A stretch of DNA of 64,000 nucleotides from an uncultured Candidatus Rokubacteria bacterium (lineage in GTDB: Bacteria > Methylomirabilota > Methylomirabilia > Rokubacteriales > DASRDR01). The position numbers and the translations under genes are program-made. The notes beneath the pieces were generated by a model. It had not been told where the DNA came from and did not search any database. It saw only the letters and a list, made by a program, of their open reading frames with translations. Positions 29,444 to 38,284 of the stretch are shown in pieces (the stretch's first letter is position 1; each line of letters begins with the position of its first letter). The stretch covers positions 192,001 to 256,000 of the forward strand of contig CAWDVE010000010.1 in assembly GCA_963805625.1 (NCBI GenBank), given 5' to 3'.

Positions 29444-30543
29444 TGGTGGCTCTCGCGGTCACGGGCGCCGGTGATGTCGTGATCCTCGGCGGCCATTTCG
29501 GTTTGCCGGGCACCGCGCTCTCGCGTTGTGTCCTGCATGCCCGGATTCATGCTCTGACTGTTACCACGCATTCCGGAGGCAGACATTTCCGTTTTCCCCG
29601 TCATCTGGGGGGAGCCCGGTCGTCCCGGAGCCGTCATGTCGCCGCTGGGACCCATGGGGGCCTGGCCTTGTCGTCCCGGAGCCGTCATGTCGCCGCTGGG
29701 ACCCATGGGGGCCTGGCCTTGTCGTCCCGGAGCCGTCATGTCGCCGTTGGGACCCATGGGGGCCTGGCCTTGTCGTCCCGGAGCCGTCATGTCGCCGTTG
29801 GGACCCATGGGGGCCTGGCCTTGTCGTCCCGGAGCCGTCATGTCGCCGTTGGGACCCATGGGGGCCTGGCCTTGTCGTCCCGGAGTTGCCATGTCGCCGC
29901 GGCCCATGTGGCCATGGCCTTGGCCGGCATCGCGCCCCATTGAGGGGCCCTGACCGTTCATGCTCGGGCCCATGCCCGCCCGATCATGATCCTCGGCGCC
30001 CATGCCGAAGCCAGACATACCGCCCGCTGGGCCCATGCCACCGCCGGAGCCGCCGGGGCCACCGCCCGAGCCGCCCATGCCACCACCGCCGCCCATGCCA
30101 CTGCCTGAGCCGCCGGGGCCACCGCCGGAGCCGCCCATGCCACCGCCGGAGCCGCCGGTGCCGCCGCCGGAGCCACCCATGCCACCGCCGGAGCCGCCGG
30201 GGCCACCGCCCGAGCCACCCATGCCACCGCCGGAGCCGCCGGTGCCGCCGCCCGAGCCACCCATGCCACCGCCGGAGCCGCCGGGGCCACCGCCCGAGCC
30301 ACCCATGCCACCGCCTGAGCCGCCGGTGCCGCCGCCCGAGCCACCCATGCCACCGCCGGAGCCGCCGGGGCCACCGCCCGAGCCACCCATGCCACCGCCC
30401 GAGCCACCCATGCCACCGCCGCCCATCCCACCGGCGATAGCGATGCCAACGTCGTAGAGGACAAGCGACACGGGAATCCCGACAAAAACGAAGACCACTA
30501 GGGCGGCCGCGATTTTGCCGAGTGGAGACTTGACTGATTTCAT
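29440..30543 (-). CDS. secreted or anchored Gly/Met/Pro low-complexity repeat protein
   Basis: Hydrophobic N-terminus, GGSGGG[M/P/T] heptads, then 17-aa repeats. The stop overlaps the TPR gene start. Confidence 0.75.
   Translation of the reverse strand: MKSVKSPLGKIAAALVVFVFVGIPVSLVLYDVGIAIAGGMGGGGMGGSGGGMGGSGGGPGGSGGGMGGSGGGTGGSGGGMGGSGGGPGGSGGGMGGSGGGTGGSGGGMGGSGGGPGGSGGGMGGSGGGTGGSGGGMGGSGGGPGGSGSGMGGGGGMGGSGGGPGGSGGGMGPAGGMSGFGMGAEDHDRAGMGPSMNGQGPSMGRDAGQGHGHMGRGDMATPGRQGQAPMGPNGDMTAPGRQGQAPMGPNGDMTAPGRQGQAPMGPNGDMTAPGRQGQAPMGPSGDMTAPGRQGQAPMGPSGDMTAPGRPGSPQMTGKTEMSASGMRGNSQSMNPGMQDTTRERGARQTEMAAEDHDITGARDRESHQ
29620..29892. repeat. coding tandem repeat, 51-bp unit, 5 copies plus a partial
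   Basis: MTAPGRQGQAPMGP(N/S)GD units that are nearly identical in DNA. Confidence 0.92.
30034..30432. repeat. coding tandem repeat, 21-bp unit (about 17 copies) with an 84-bp super-period
   Basis: GGSGGGM/GGSGGGP/GGSGGGM/GGSGGGT cycling on the minus strand. Confidence 0.9.
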
Positions 30544-30658
30544 CTTGAGTCCCTCATTTCTGGATGTGCGAGGATCATCGAATTGGCGAGCGACGCTTCT
30601 CGGCCAGATGGCACGCTTGCCGGCCGCTCGCATGTTGTCCTCACATATTCGACTTCAA

Positions 30659-30673
30659 GCAATCCGTCTGCCA
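30659..30673 (-). promoter_or_regulatory. sigma54 promoter for the repeat-protein/TPR operon
   Basis: The reverse complement reads TGGCAG-ACGGA-TTGC. Confidence 0.7.
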
Positions 30674-30853
30674 CGCGTAGACACAACTGTCTCAGCGGCT
30701 CCGAGTCCTTCTTGGATTGGCGCCCTGGGGCAGATGTTCCCCACGTGTCCCATGCTTGCCTCATGCGCGGCTCGCGCGCGGAGGCTAAGAACCAGGTCAA
30801 CCGCCTCGGCCGCCGAAAGCCGAGCGGCTTCGCGGATCGTCCTGGATTCGCGT

Positions 30854-31073
30854 CGCCAAAGTTGTCGAGTGCCTCGACGAGTTCGTCGGAACCATTCCTG
30901 GTATTTCCCTGACACTCGCGGCATGCTGCCCCGCGCGCGATGCAAGAGCCCGAGACCCGCGAACGGGTGCCTCGATCGGATCGACGCGGGACGTCGCGCC
31001 TCGGCGCGAACGCATCTTCCGTGTTCCCCGATTCGCTCGACAGGTACGTCGAGGCGCCTCGACGATTCCGACG
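30854..31073. promoter_or_regulatory. two pairs of CGAC-N6-GTCG palindromes, candidate bEBP enhancer sites
   Basis: 30854-30867 CGCCaaagttGTCG, 30875-30888 CGACgagttcGTCG, 31038-31051 CGACaggtacGTCG and 31060-31073 CGACgattccGACG. Linkers are AGTGCCT and AGGCGCCT. Confidence 0.6.
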
Positions 31074-31147
31074 AGCTTCTTGCGGGAGGCTACCCGCGCG
31101 CGTCCGCGGGTGCCAAGAAAACCGCGCAGTTCCACCACCGCGTCCGT

Positions 31148-31162
31148 TGGCACCGCTCGTGC
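31148..31162 (+). promoter_or_regulatory. sigma54 promoter upstream of 31213
   Basis: TGGCAC-CGCTC-GTGC. Confidence 0.65.
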
Positions 31163-31212
31163 TCTCTGAGTCAGTCGGTCGACGGAATCGACCAGAGGAG
31201 GAGGACTGAGCC

Positions 31213-31620
31213 ATGAAGCGGTTTCTGAGCATCGCGATCGCAGCAGTCATGTTCGTGTCTCTGGGGGGCGTGGCCTTCGCCTGGATGGGCGGAGGGCCGA
31301 TGGGGGCCGGTCCGATGGGCCGCATGATGGGCGCCGGCCCGATGGGCGGCTACATGATGGGCGGCTGCCCGGGCATGACCGGCGCCGGTGTGACGGCAGG
31401 GTCCATCACCGAGGAGCAGGCGAAGACGCTGGCGCAGACCTACGCCGACACGTACCTCCAGGGCTTCACCGTGGAGAAGGTTCTGCCCTTCACGGGGCGG
31501 CACGGCATGGCGTATTCGGTGGAGCTCAAGGGTCCCAAGGACGAGACGCGGGTGCTTCATGTGAACCCGTTCGGCGGCGTGATGCCGTTTGGCGGGCCCG
31601 GGCGGCGAACCGCCGGGTAG
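31213..31620 (+). CDS. periplasmic Met/Gly-rich protein, ZraP-like in position, with a PepSY-like C-terminus
   Basis: Signal peptide, GPMG/MMG repeats, CPGM, ITEEQAK.LA and LHVNPFGG. Strong RBS. Confidence 0.75.
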   Translation: MKRFLSIAIAAVMFVSLGGVAFAWMGGGPMGAGPMGRMMGAGPMGGYMMGGCPGMTGAGVTAGSITEEQAKTLAQTYADTYLQGFTVEKVLPFTGRHGMAYSVELKGPKDETRVLHVNPFGGVMPFGGPGRRTAG

Positions 31621-31720
31621 CGCGTTCCCTGTCGTGATGGCCGGCCCCCGGAGCGGTCCTCCGGGGGTCGGAGCGGTTCCCGAGGATGCCGGACGTACAA
31701 TCTCGCCAAAGGAGTCCGGC

Positions 31721-33466
31721 ATGACACTGCCACGTCCGGCTCGGTACTTCCTCGCCTCCGTGGTGCTCCTGGCCGCCCTCGTGAGCGTCGTGGCGGTGTC
31801 CGCGGCACGCCGCACGCAGCGGGAGCTCGCGCGCCAGCTCGAGGAGACCGGGCTCGCCCTGGCCAACGCCCTTGAGGCGTCGAGTCAGAACGTGATCCGG
31901 GCCAACGCGCTCATGGAGGAGATGATCAGCCAGCGCCTCCTCGACAACGCCCGCCTCCTGGACCAGCTCCTCCGCTTCCGGCCGCCGGATCCGGACTGGC
32001 TGCGGTCCGTCAGCGCGACGAATCGCTTGCTCCGCGTGGACCTGCTGGATCTCGAGGGTCGGCCGTACACCTGGCCGGCGCCGCCGGGTCCGATGATGGG
32101 CGGGATGGGCATGCGGCACCAGATGGGCCGTATGATGGGTCCCCCGGGAGTTCCGGGGGCGCACCGCGCGATGATGATGTATCTCTGGGGCCCGCGCTGG
32201 AGGCCCGAGCCGCCCGATCCGAGCGTGCCACCCAAGGTCCGGGACCGGACGTACTGGGAAGGCACCGCGTTTGGCGTCGCCATCGGAGCCCGGACCTTCC
32301 CCGGGATCATCGCCGTGCATGCGGACGCCGAGTATGTCCTGAACTTCCGCCGGGAGATCGGCGTCCAGCGGCAGGTGGAGGACCTGGGTCGCCGGGCGGG
32401 GGTTGAGACCGTGGCGATCCTGGATCCGGATCTGACGGTGGTCGCGCATTCGGACCCGCGTCGGGTGGGGCGACAGGAGCCAGACACGGCGCTGCGACGG
32501 CTTCTCGAGCAGGGAGGCACCCTGACGCGGTTCACAACCGACGACGGTGCCGGGTCCGCGCTCCAGATCGCGCGCCCGCTCGCGCTGGACGGCGTGCACC
32601 CGGGCCTGCTCCAGATCCGGCTCTCCACCGCGCCGATGGAGGCGGTGTGGCGGCGCGACCGGGCGACGGCCGTCGTCGTTGCCCTGGCCGTCCTGGGGCT
32701 CGGCGTCCTCGGGCTGGCGGTGATCTTCTACACGCAGCATCGTCATCTCGCCCAGGTCACCAGGCTCGAAGCCGAGGTGGCACGGCGCCACCGCCTCGCG
32801 ACGCTCGGCAACATGGCGGCGGCGGTGAGCCATGAGGTGCGCAATCCGCTCAACGCCATCTCGATGGGGCTCCAGCGGCTCCGGGCCGAGTTCCGACCGA
32901 CGGCCGGGCCCGCCGACTATGATCGTGTCCTCGAGCTCGTCGGCGGCGAGGTGCGGCGTCTCAATGCCCTGGTGGAGGAGTTCCTCGCGCTGGCCCGGCC
33001 GCCGGTCCTCAAGCCCGAGCTGGTCCGTCTCGGAGATCTCCTCGAAGAGGTCGTGGGGCTGATCGAGCCCGAGGCTCATCAGACGGGCATCCGCATCGAA
33101 CGGCGCATTCCGGCCGATCTCCCACCGCTCGTCGCCGACCGCGACCGGCTCAAGCAGGTCGTTCTGAACCTGGCCCGGAACGCGCTGGAGGCCATGCCCG
33201 ACGGTGGGACCTTCCGGTTGGAAGCCGGGCGAGCGCCGCACGCGCTGATGCTCACGGTCGCCGACTCGGGCGCCGGCATCCCGCCCGAGGCCCGGGATCG
33301 AATCTTCGAGCCCTACTACACGACGAAGGTCAAAGGACTCGGCCTCGGGCTCCCGCTCGCGCGCCAGATCGTCGAGGCGCACGGGGGGACGATCACGGTG
33401 GAACCCGTGGCCGGCGGCGGCACCCGCTTTCTGGTCACGCTGCCGCTCCGAGACGGGCGCGCGTAG
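31721..33466 (+). CDS. sensor histidine kinase (ZraS/HydH-like) with a Met-rich periplasmic insert
   Basis: Two TMs, VSHEVRNPL H-box, NLARNA, DSGAG, FEPYYTTK and GLGLGL. AGGAG RBS, with TACAAT upstream. Confidence 0.92.
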   Translation: MTLPRPARYFLASVVLLAALVSVVAVSAARRTQRELARQLEETGLALANALEASSQNVIRANALMEEMISQRLLDNARLLDQLLRFRPPDPDWLRSVSATNRLLRVDLLDLEGRPYTWPAPPGPMMGGMGMRHQMGRMMGPPGVPGAHRAMMMYLWGPRWRPEPPDPSVPPKVRDRTYWEGTAFGVAIGARTFPGIIAVHADAEYVLNFRREIGVQRQVEDLGRRAGVETVAILDPDLTVVAHSDPRRVGRQEPDTALRRLLEQGGTLTRFTTDDGAGSALQIARPLALDGVHPGLLQIRLSTAPMEAVWRRDRATAVVVALAVLGLGVLGLAVIFYTQHRHLAQVTRLEAEVARRHRLATLGNMAAAVSHEVRNPLNAISMGLQRLRAEFRPTAGPADYDRVLELVGGEVRRLNALVEEFLALARPPVLKPELVRLGDLLEEVVGLIEPEAHQTGIRIERRIPADLPPLVADRDRLKQVVLNLARNALEAMPDGGTFRLEAGRAPHALMLTVADSGAGIPPEARDRIFEPYYTTKVKGLGLGLPLARQIVEAHGGTITVEPVAGGGTRFLVTLPLRDGRA

Positions 33467-34828
33467 ATGCTGGAACCGTTCCGGATCCTGGTGGTGGACG
33501 ACGAGCCGGCGCAGCGCGAGCTGGTCGCCGGGTTCCTCCAGAAGCAGGGATGCGAGGTCGCGCTCGCCGGAGACGGGCACGAAGCCCTCGCGCGGTTCAA
33601 GGCCGAGCCATTCGACCTGGTCCTCACGGACCAGCGGATGCCAGGTCTCTCGGGCCTCGAGCTCCTCGCGGCGCTCCGGAGGGTGACCCCCGAAGTGGCC
33701 GTCATCGTGATGACGGCCTACGGCACGATCGAGACCGCCGTGGCGGCCATCAAGGCGGGGGCCGCGGACTACTTACCAAAGCCGCTCAACCTGGACGAGC
33801 TGCTGCACCGGATCCGGGCGGTGCGGGAGCGCGAGCGGCTGCTCGCCGAGAACCGGGAGCTTCGCCTCGCGCTCAGCGAGCGCCACCGCGTGGAAGGGAT
33901 CATCGGCGAGAGCGGACGCATGCAGGAGGTGCTCTCCCTCGTTCACCGGGTGGCGGGGAGTGACGCCACGGTGTTGATCCAGGGCGAGAGCGGAACCGGC
34001 AAGGAGCTAATCGCGAAGGCGATTCACTATGCGAGCCCCCGCGCCTCGGGGCCGCTCGTGAAGGTCAACTGCGCGGCCTTGCCCGAATCCCTCCTCGAGT
34101 CCGAGCTGTTCGGCCACGAGAAGGGCGCCTTCACGGGGGCCCTGGCGAGCCGCCAAGGACGCTTCGAGCTGGCCCACGGGGGCACCCTGTTCCTGGACGA
34201 GATCGGGGACCTCCCGCTGCACCTCCAGGTCAAGCTCCTGCGGGTCCTCCAGGAGCGAGAGTTCGAGCGCGTGGGCTCGAGCCGGCCGATCACGGCGGAC
34301 GTCCGGCTCATCGCAGCGACGCACCGGGACCTCGCGGCCGGCGTGAAGGCCGGCCAGTTCCGGGATGACCTGTATTACCGCCTCAACGTCGTGACCATCG
34401 TGATCCCGCCGCTCCGGGAGCGGCGGGAGGACATCCCGCCCTTGATCGACCACTTCGTGCGGAAGTTCGCCGAGGCGAACCGGAAGCCGATTGCCGGGAT
34501 GACCCCCGCGGCCCGGGAGCTCCTGCTGCGCTACGATTACCCGGGGAACGTCCGGGAGCTCGAGAACCTCATCGAGCGGGCGGTGGTCCTGACGCGCGAT
34601 GACGTGATCGGCCCGGCAGACCTCCCGGTGACGCTCCAGGACGTGACCACGGAGCTGGCCGAACCCGCCAGGCTGACGGCTGCCGTCGAGGCGCTCGAGC
34701 GGCGCCTGATTCGCAAGGCACTGGACGAGTCGGACGGCGTCCAGACGCGGGCCGCCGAGACGCTCGGGATCAGCGAGCGCGTGCTGCGGTACAAGCTGAA
34801 GAAGTACGGTCTCGCCGGGCCGGGCTGA
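33467..34828 (+). CDS. sigma54-dependent response regulator (NtrC/ZraR/AtoC family)
   Basis: REC domain (VVDD, TD, KP), GESGTGKE, ESELFGHEKGAFTGA, FLDEIG, PGNVREL and a Fis-type HTH. Confidence 0.95.
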   Translation: MLEPFRILVVDDEPAQRELVAGFLQKQGCEVALAGDGHEALARFKAEPFDLVLTDQRMPGLSGLELLAALRRVTPEVAVIVMTAYGTIETAVAAIKAGAADYLPKPLNLDELLHRIRAVRERERLLAENRELRLALSERHRVEGIIGESGRMQEVLSLVHRVAGSDATVLIQGESGTGKELIAKAIHYASPRASGPLVKVNCAALPESLLESELFGHEKGAFTGALASRQGRFELAHGGTLFLDEIGDLPLHLQVKLLRVLQEREFERVGSSRPITADVRLIAATHRDLAAGVKAGQFRDDLYYRLNVVTIVIPPLRERREDIPPLIDHFVRKFAEANRKPIAGMTPAARELLLRYDYPGNVRELENLIERAVVLTRDDVIGPADLPVTLQDVTTELAEPARLTAAVEALERRLIRKALDESDGVQTRAAETLGISERVLRYKLKKYGLAGPG

Positions 34829-34877
34829 CCCGCGAGACCTCGCGATGCCACCGACGGCGACCCTTTCGGGATCCTAG

Positions 34878-35429
34878 GTGAAGATCCTGAACGACCAACG
34901 GGCGACATTCGCGGTGGTGCTCGGCCACCTTCGGAAGCGTGACTTCGCGGTGCTCTCGACGGTCAGCAAAGACAGCAAGCCTCACGCGGTCGGAGTGAAC
35001 TACGGCGTTTCGAGGCCGGGCCGTGACTTCGTGATCTATGTGATGACCCGGACACATCTCCAGAAGGCGCGGAACATCGAGCAGAATCCGAATGTCTCGC
35101 TGGTCGTCCCCTTGACGAGACGGATCCTGTGGTTTCTCCCGCCACCCACTATCCAGTTGCACGGCCACGCCGAGATCGTGGACTGGACCGACGAAGAGGG
35201 GACTGATGTCTTCAGGCGCTTCTGGATGGGTCGCCGAATTCTGGAGGCGTATCAAGAGTCCCACCGTCGCGGCGAAACCAGGATCTGCTTCTTGAAGATC
35301 ATTCCCGATCCTGTGGTCTACACGTACATGGTTGGATACAGCATCTGGCGGCTGCGGACCCGCATGGAATCGGGGGCGGCCAAGGTCGAGATCCCGCCCG
35401 AATATCGGCCATCGGCACCGCCGTCCTGA
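34878..35429 (+). CDS. pyridoxamine 5'-phosphate oxidase-family (split-barrel) protein
   Basis: AVLSTVSKDSKPH and KARNIEQNPNVSL. Confidence 0.75.
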   Translation: MKILNDQRATFAVVLGHLRKRDFAVLSTVSKDSKPHAVGVNYGVSRPGRDFVIYVMTRTHLQKARNIEQNPNVSLVVPLTRRILWFLPPPTIQLHGHAEIVDWTDEEGTDVFRRFWMGRRILEAYQESHRRGETRICFLKIIPDPVVYTYMVGYSIWRLRTRMESGAAKVEIPPEYRPSAPPS

Positions 35430-35499
35430 TCGGCATCGTCGGCAGTCTTAGGCGGTCGGTGTCGGTCCGGTCGCCGCGCGCGGGAACAGGCGGGCACGG

Positions 35500-37242
35500 C
35501 TACCCTCCACCTCCGGTCTCGACAATCGGCTGGGCGAGGATCCAGAGGCTGACCATCGTGTAGCTCACCATCAGCACCAGCATGGGGTACTGGCTTGCCA
35601 GCGCCCGGCGCCGGTCGGGGAACTCGCGCAGCGCGATAACGTGGGCCACGTAGACGGCCACGATGTGGCCGACGACGATCGCCGTGACCGCCGTGTACCA
35701 AGCGAAGCGCGCGCCCACGATGCCGATGTCCGGCTGGTACCCGGCGGTCGCGAAGAGGTCCCAGCCGAAGCCGAGAGGGTCCGAGACGAGCGGGACGATG
35801 CGCTGGCCCTGGATCAAGAGGTACGTGAAATAGTGCGCGAGGTGATAGGCGATCGCAATCGGGACCAGCGAGAAGATGAAGCCGCGCGCAAGGCCTCCCG
35901 CTCGTCCAGGCGCCCCGCCCGCCCTGGCCATCGCCGTCGCGAAGAGCCCGTAGACACCGAGGAAGAGCAGGGGGAATGCGAAGAGGCCCACCGTCGCGAT
36001 CCCCGGCCAGCCGCCTGGGCCGCGCAGTGTGGACGCGAACGTGTTGTAGAGCGTCTCCCAGGCCGGCGTCGCCGTGAAGCCGTCGAACGTGACGGTCGAG
36101 AGCAGGGTAAGCACGAACGCGACCATCGACGGGGACACGGTCTCGCGGCGGAGAAGCCCGGCCCCGAAGGGGCGGAGGTTCAGCTTCCGGGCGGCTGCGG
36201 GGGCACGCGCGAAGCACTCCGCACAGTCCACGCAGGCGCCGTTGCGGTCGCGACAGGCGACGGGACAGCGTGCGCAGACCGCTGGATCCGTGACGCGCAT
36301 CTCCGTCGGCGCAAACCGCGCCAGGACGCCGAAGGCCAGCGAGAACGGATCGCCGTAACGGAGCCAGATTGCGCGCCCGAACACGAACATTCCCGTCCAC
36401 GTGAGGAGCGAATAGGCTGCGATCGCGAGCGTGAGCAGCGGGGGGTCGATCGCGGCCCGCGAGATGAGCTCGACCCACGCGAAGGCGAGAAACAGGCCAA
36501 CGGCCGGCCAGACGCCCAGGGCGAGAGGATACGGCCGGTTCAGCGCCAGGGCGTCGTCGGGGTCGGCACCGCGCCGATAGAGGGCCTCCGCCCACGCGAA
36601 GAGCGTCGCCCAGGGGTTCACGACGGCCCACAGGTTGCCGACGAGCGCGGAGACATAGGCGAATCCGACCCACCAAAGGATCCAGACCATCGTGGGTGCA
36701 AGGTTTCGGGTCGGGTTCGGGTGGCCGACGATCCCCGCGGCGACGACCAGGAGAAGGAGCGCGACGGACGCCGTCTGGAGACCCCACCGCACGTATTCGT
36801 GGACGAGCACGCGGCCCCAGCGCCAGCGCAGCAGGTTGACGCGAGGGGACCCGCGGAGCCCGGGCGTCCCCCGGACGAACAGTCCGATGACGGCGAAGGA
36901 GAGCGCCACGGCCAGAGCCGCGCCGCCAACCCAGAGGCCCAGCGGGACGGGCAGATCGTAGCGCTGGGCGAAGGCGTGGGCGAAAGCCGGGCGGGGTAGA
37001 CTGAGGCCCACGCCGACGCTGGCCAGGATCGCGCTCGTGGACGCCGAGCCATGAAGGCTCGGGTCAGCCGTCGGTCCGGCTCGGGCTGAGCGGTCGCTCT
37101 CTGCCCCTCGGCCGTGAGGGTTTCGGTCGGCGTCTCGTTGGGGGTGCCCCGCCGGCACCACCGACGGACCATTGCCCGGGGCCCTTCGCGGGTGCGCGGG
37201 CGGCCGTGAGGTCGCTTGCGGTGAGTCCGGGCGTGCGGACAC
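35500..37242 (-). CDS. polytopic membrane protein with a Cys cluster; start uncertain
   Basis: HAFAQRYDLPVP, NPW, GDPF, SLVPIAIAYHLAHY and CARCPVAC...CVDCAEC. Confidence 0.75.
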   Translation of the reverse strand: MSARPDSPQATSRPPAHPRRAPGNGPSVVPAGHPQRDADRNPHGRGAESDRSARAGPTADPSLHGSASTSAILASVGVGLSLPRPAFAHAFAQRYDLPVPLGLWVGGAALAVALSFAVIGLFVRGTPGLRGSPRVNLLRWRWGRVLVHEYVRWGLQTASVALLLLVVAAGIVGHPNPTRNLAPTMVWILWWVGFAYVSALVGNLWAVVNPWATLFAWAEALYRRGADPDDALALNRPYPLALGVWPAVGLFLAFAWVELISRAAIDPPLLTLAIAAYSLLTWTGMFVFGRAIWLRYGDPFSLAFGVLARFAPTEMRVTDPAVCARCPVACRDRNGACVDCAECFARAPAAARKLNLRPFGAGLLRRETVSPSMVAFVLTLLSTVTFDGFTATPAWETLYNTFASTLRGPGGWPGIATVGLFAFPLLFLGVYGLFATAMARAGGAPGRAGGLARGFIFSLVPIAIAYHLAHYFTYLLIQGQRIVPLVSDPLGFGWDLFATAGYQPDIGIVGARFAWYTAVTAIVVGHIVAVYVAHVIALREFPDRRRALASQYPMLVLMVSYTMVSLWILAQPIVETGGGG

Positions 37243-37279
37243 AGGGGGCCTTGGGGGTTCTGCGCTGACGCGCAGCGAG

Positions 37280-37600
37280 TCAGGCCATCAGGCCGCCGAG
37301 GATCGCGCCGAGGATCATCGGCCCCACCTGCGCCGCGACCAGCGCGGCGCCGCCGGCCGCGGCGATCGCGCCGATCAGAGGTATGCCCGTGAGGACCGTC
37401 GCGAGGACGAAGAGCAGCGCGCCGACGACGAACGCGGGCACGAGCGCCGCGATGATGGCCCGGGCAACACCGCCCGCCTTCCGGCCTCCGATCACGCCGC
37501 CGAGAAGCGGCCCCACGAAAGGGAGCCAGAAGAGCAAGAGGGAGATCACCAGCATCCAGAAGGCGGCGCCGACGATGCTGCTGCGCCCGGCGTTGCTCAT
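37280..37600 (-). CDS. small Gly/Ala-rich membrane protein
   Basis: Three to four TM segments, LPFVGPLLGG and an RBS. Overlaps the tag stop. Confidence 0.7.
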   Translation of the reverse strand: MSNAGRSSIVGAAFWMLVISLLLFWLPFVGPLLGGVIGGRKAGGVARAIIAALVPAFVVGALLFVLATVLTGIPLIGAIAAAGGAALVAAQVGPMILGAILGGLMA

Positions 37601-38259
37601 GGTCGCTCCCTTCGGGTTCGTGGCGGCCCGCCGTGCGGCTCGGGGGCGCCGCCTCGCGCCCGGAGCCGTGCCACCTCGGGGTGACGGAAGCAGTCGACGA
37701 CATGGTCGTTCACCAGGCCGCCGGCCTGCATGAAGGCGTAGCAGATGGTCGAGCCGACGAACGTGAAGCCCCGGTCCCGGAGCGCCCGGCTGAGCGCGTC
37801 AGACTCCGGCGTGCGCGGCGGGACGTCCTTCAGGCTTCGCCACGCATTCTGACGCGGTGCTCCGCCGACGAAGCCCCAGACGAAGCGGTCGAAGCTCCCG
37901 AGCTCCGCCCGGAGCGCCAGGAAGGCGCGGGCGTTCTGGACCGTGCCCCGGATCTTGAGCTGGTTCCGGACGATGCCAGGATCGGCGAGGAGCGAGCGGA
38001 CCTTGGCGGCTCCGTAGCCGGCCACCTTCCGGGGGGCGAAGCGGTCGAAGGCGCGCCGGTACCCCGCGCGCTTGCGGAGGATCGTGATCCAGGCGAGGCC
38101 CGCCTGGGCGCCCTCGAGGCACAGGAGCTCGAAGAGCCGCCGGTCGTCGTGGAGCGGCACGCCCCACTCGCGGTCGTGATACGCGCGATAGAGGGGATCG
38201 GTCGCGCCCCAGGCGCATCGAACGCGATCGATCGGGTCGGGCGGGGAGCGGCGTGCCAT
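37597..38259 (-). CDS. tag: DNA-3-methyladenine glycosylase I
   Basis: RCAW, YHDREWG, LEGAQAGL.W, IVRN.LKI, FVGSTICYAFMQA and DH...C. Confidence 0.95.
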   Translation of the reverse strand: MARRSPPDPIDRVRCAWGATDPLYRAYHDREWGVPLHDDRRLFELLCLEGAQAGLAWITILRKRAGYRRAFDRFAPRKVAGYGAAKVRSLLADPGIVRNQLKIRGTVQNARAFLALRAELGSFDRFVWGFVGGAPRQNAWRSLKDVPPRTPESDALSRALRDRGFTFVGSTICYAFMQAGGLVNDHVVDCFRHPEVARLRARGGAPEPHGGPPRTRRERP

Positions 38260-38284
38260 GGCGTGCTATTATGCAGCTACTCCA

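Noticed and set aside
29620-30432. Tandem repeats as a possible CRISPR array
   Set aside because: There are no unique spacers, unit lengths are multiples of 3 within an ORF, and no cas genes are present.
30002-30457. Plus-strand PPEPP-rich ORF
   Set aside because: It is the antisense shadow of the Gly-rich gene, which has the signal segment, promoter and operon partner.
30609-30620. TGGCACGCTTGC as a sigma54 promoter
   Set aside because: The GG-to-GC spacing is 3 nt too short, and it points away from the nearest gene.
35501-35511. TACCCTCCACC matching the tRNA-Ala 3' end as an att site
   Set aside because: It is only 11 bp, is explained by the Gly-Gly-Gly-stop codons of the minus-strand gene, and lies upstream of the tRNA.
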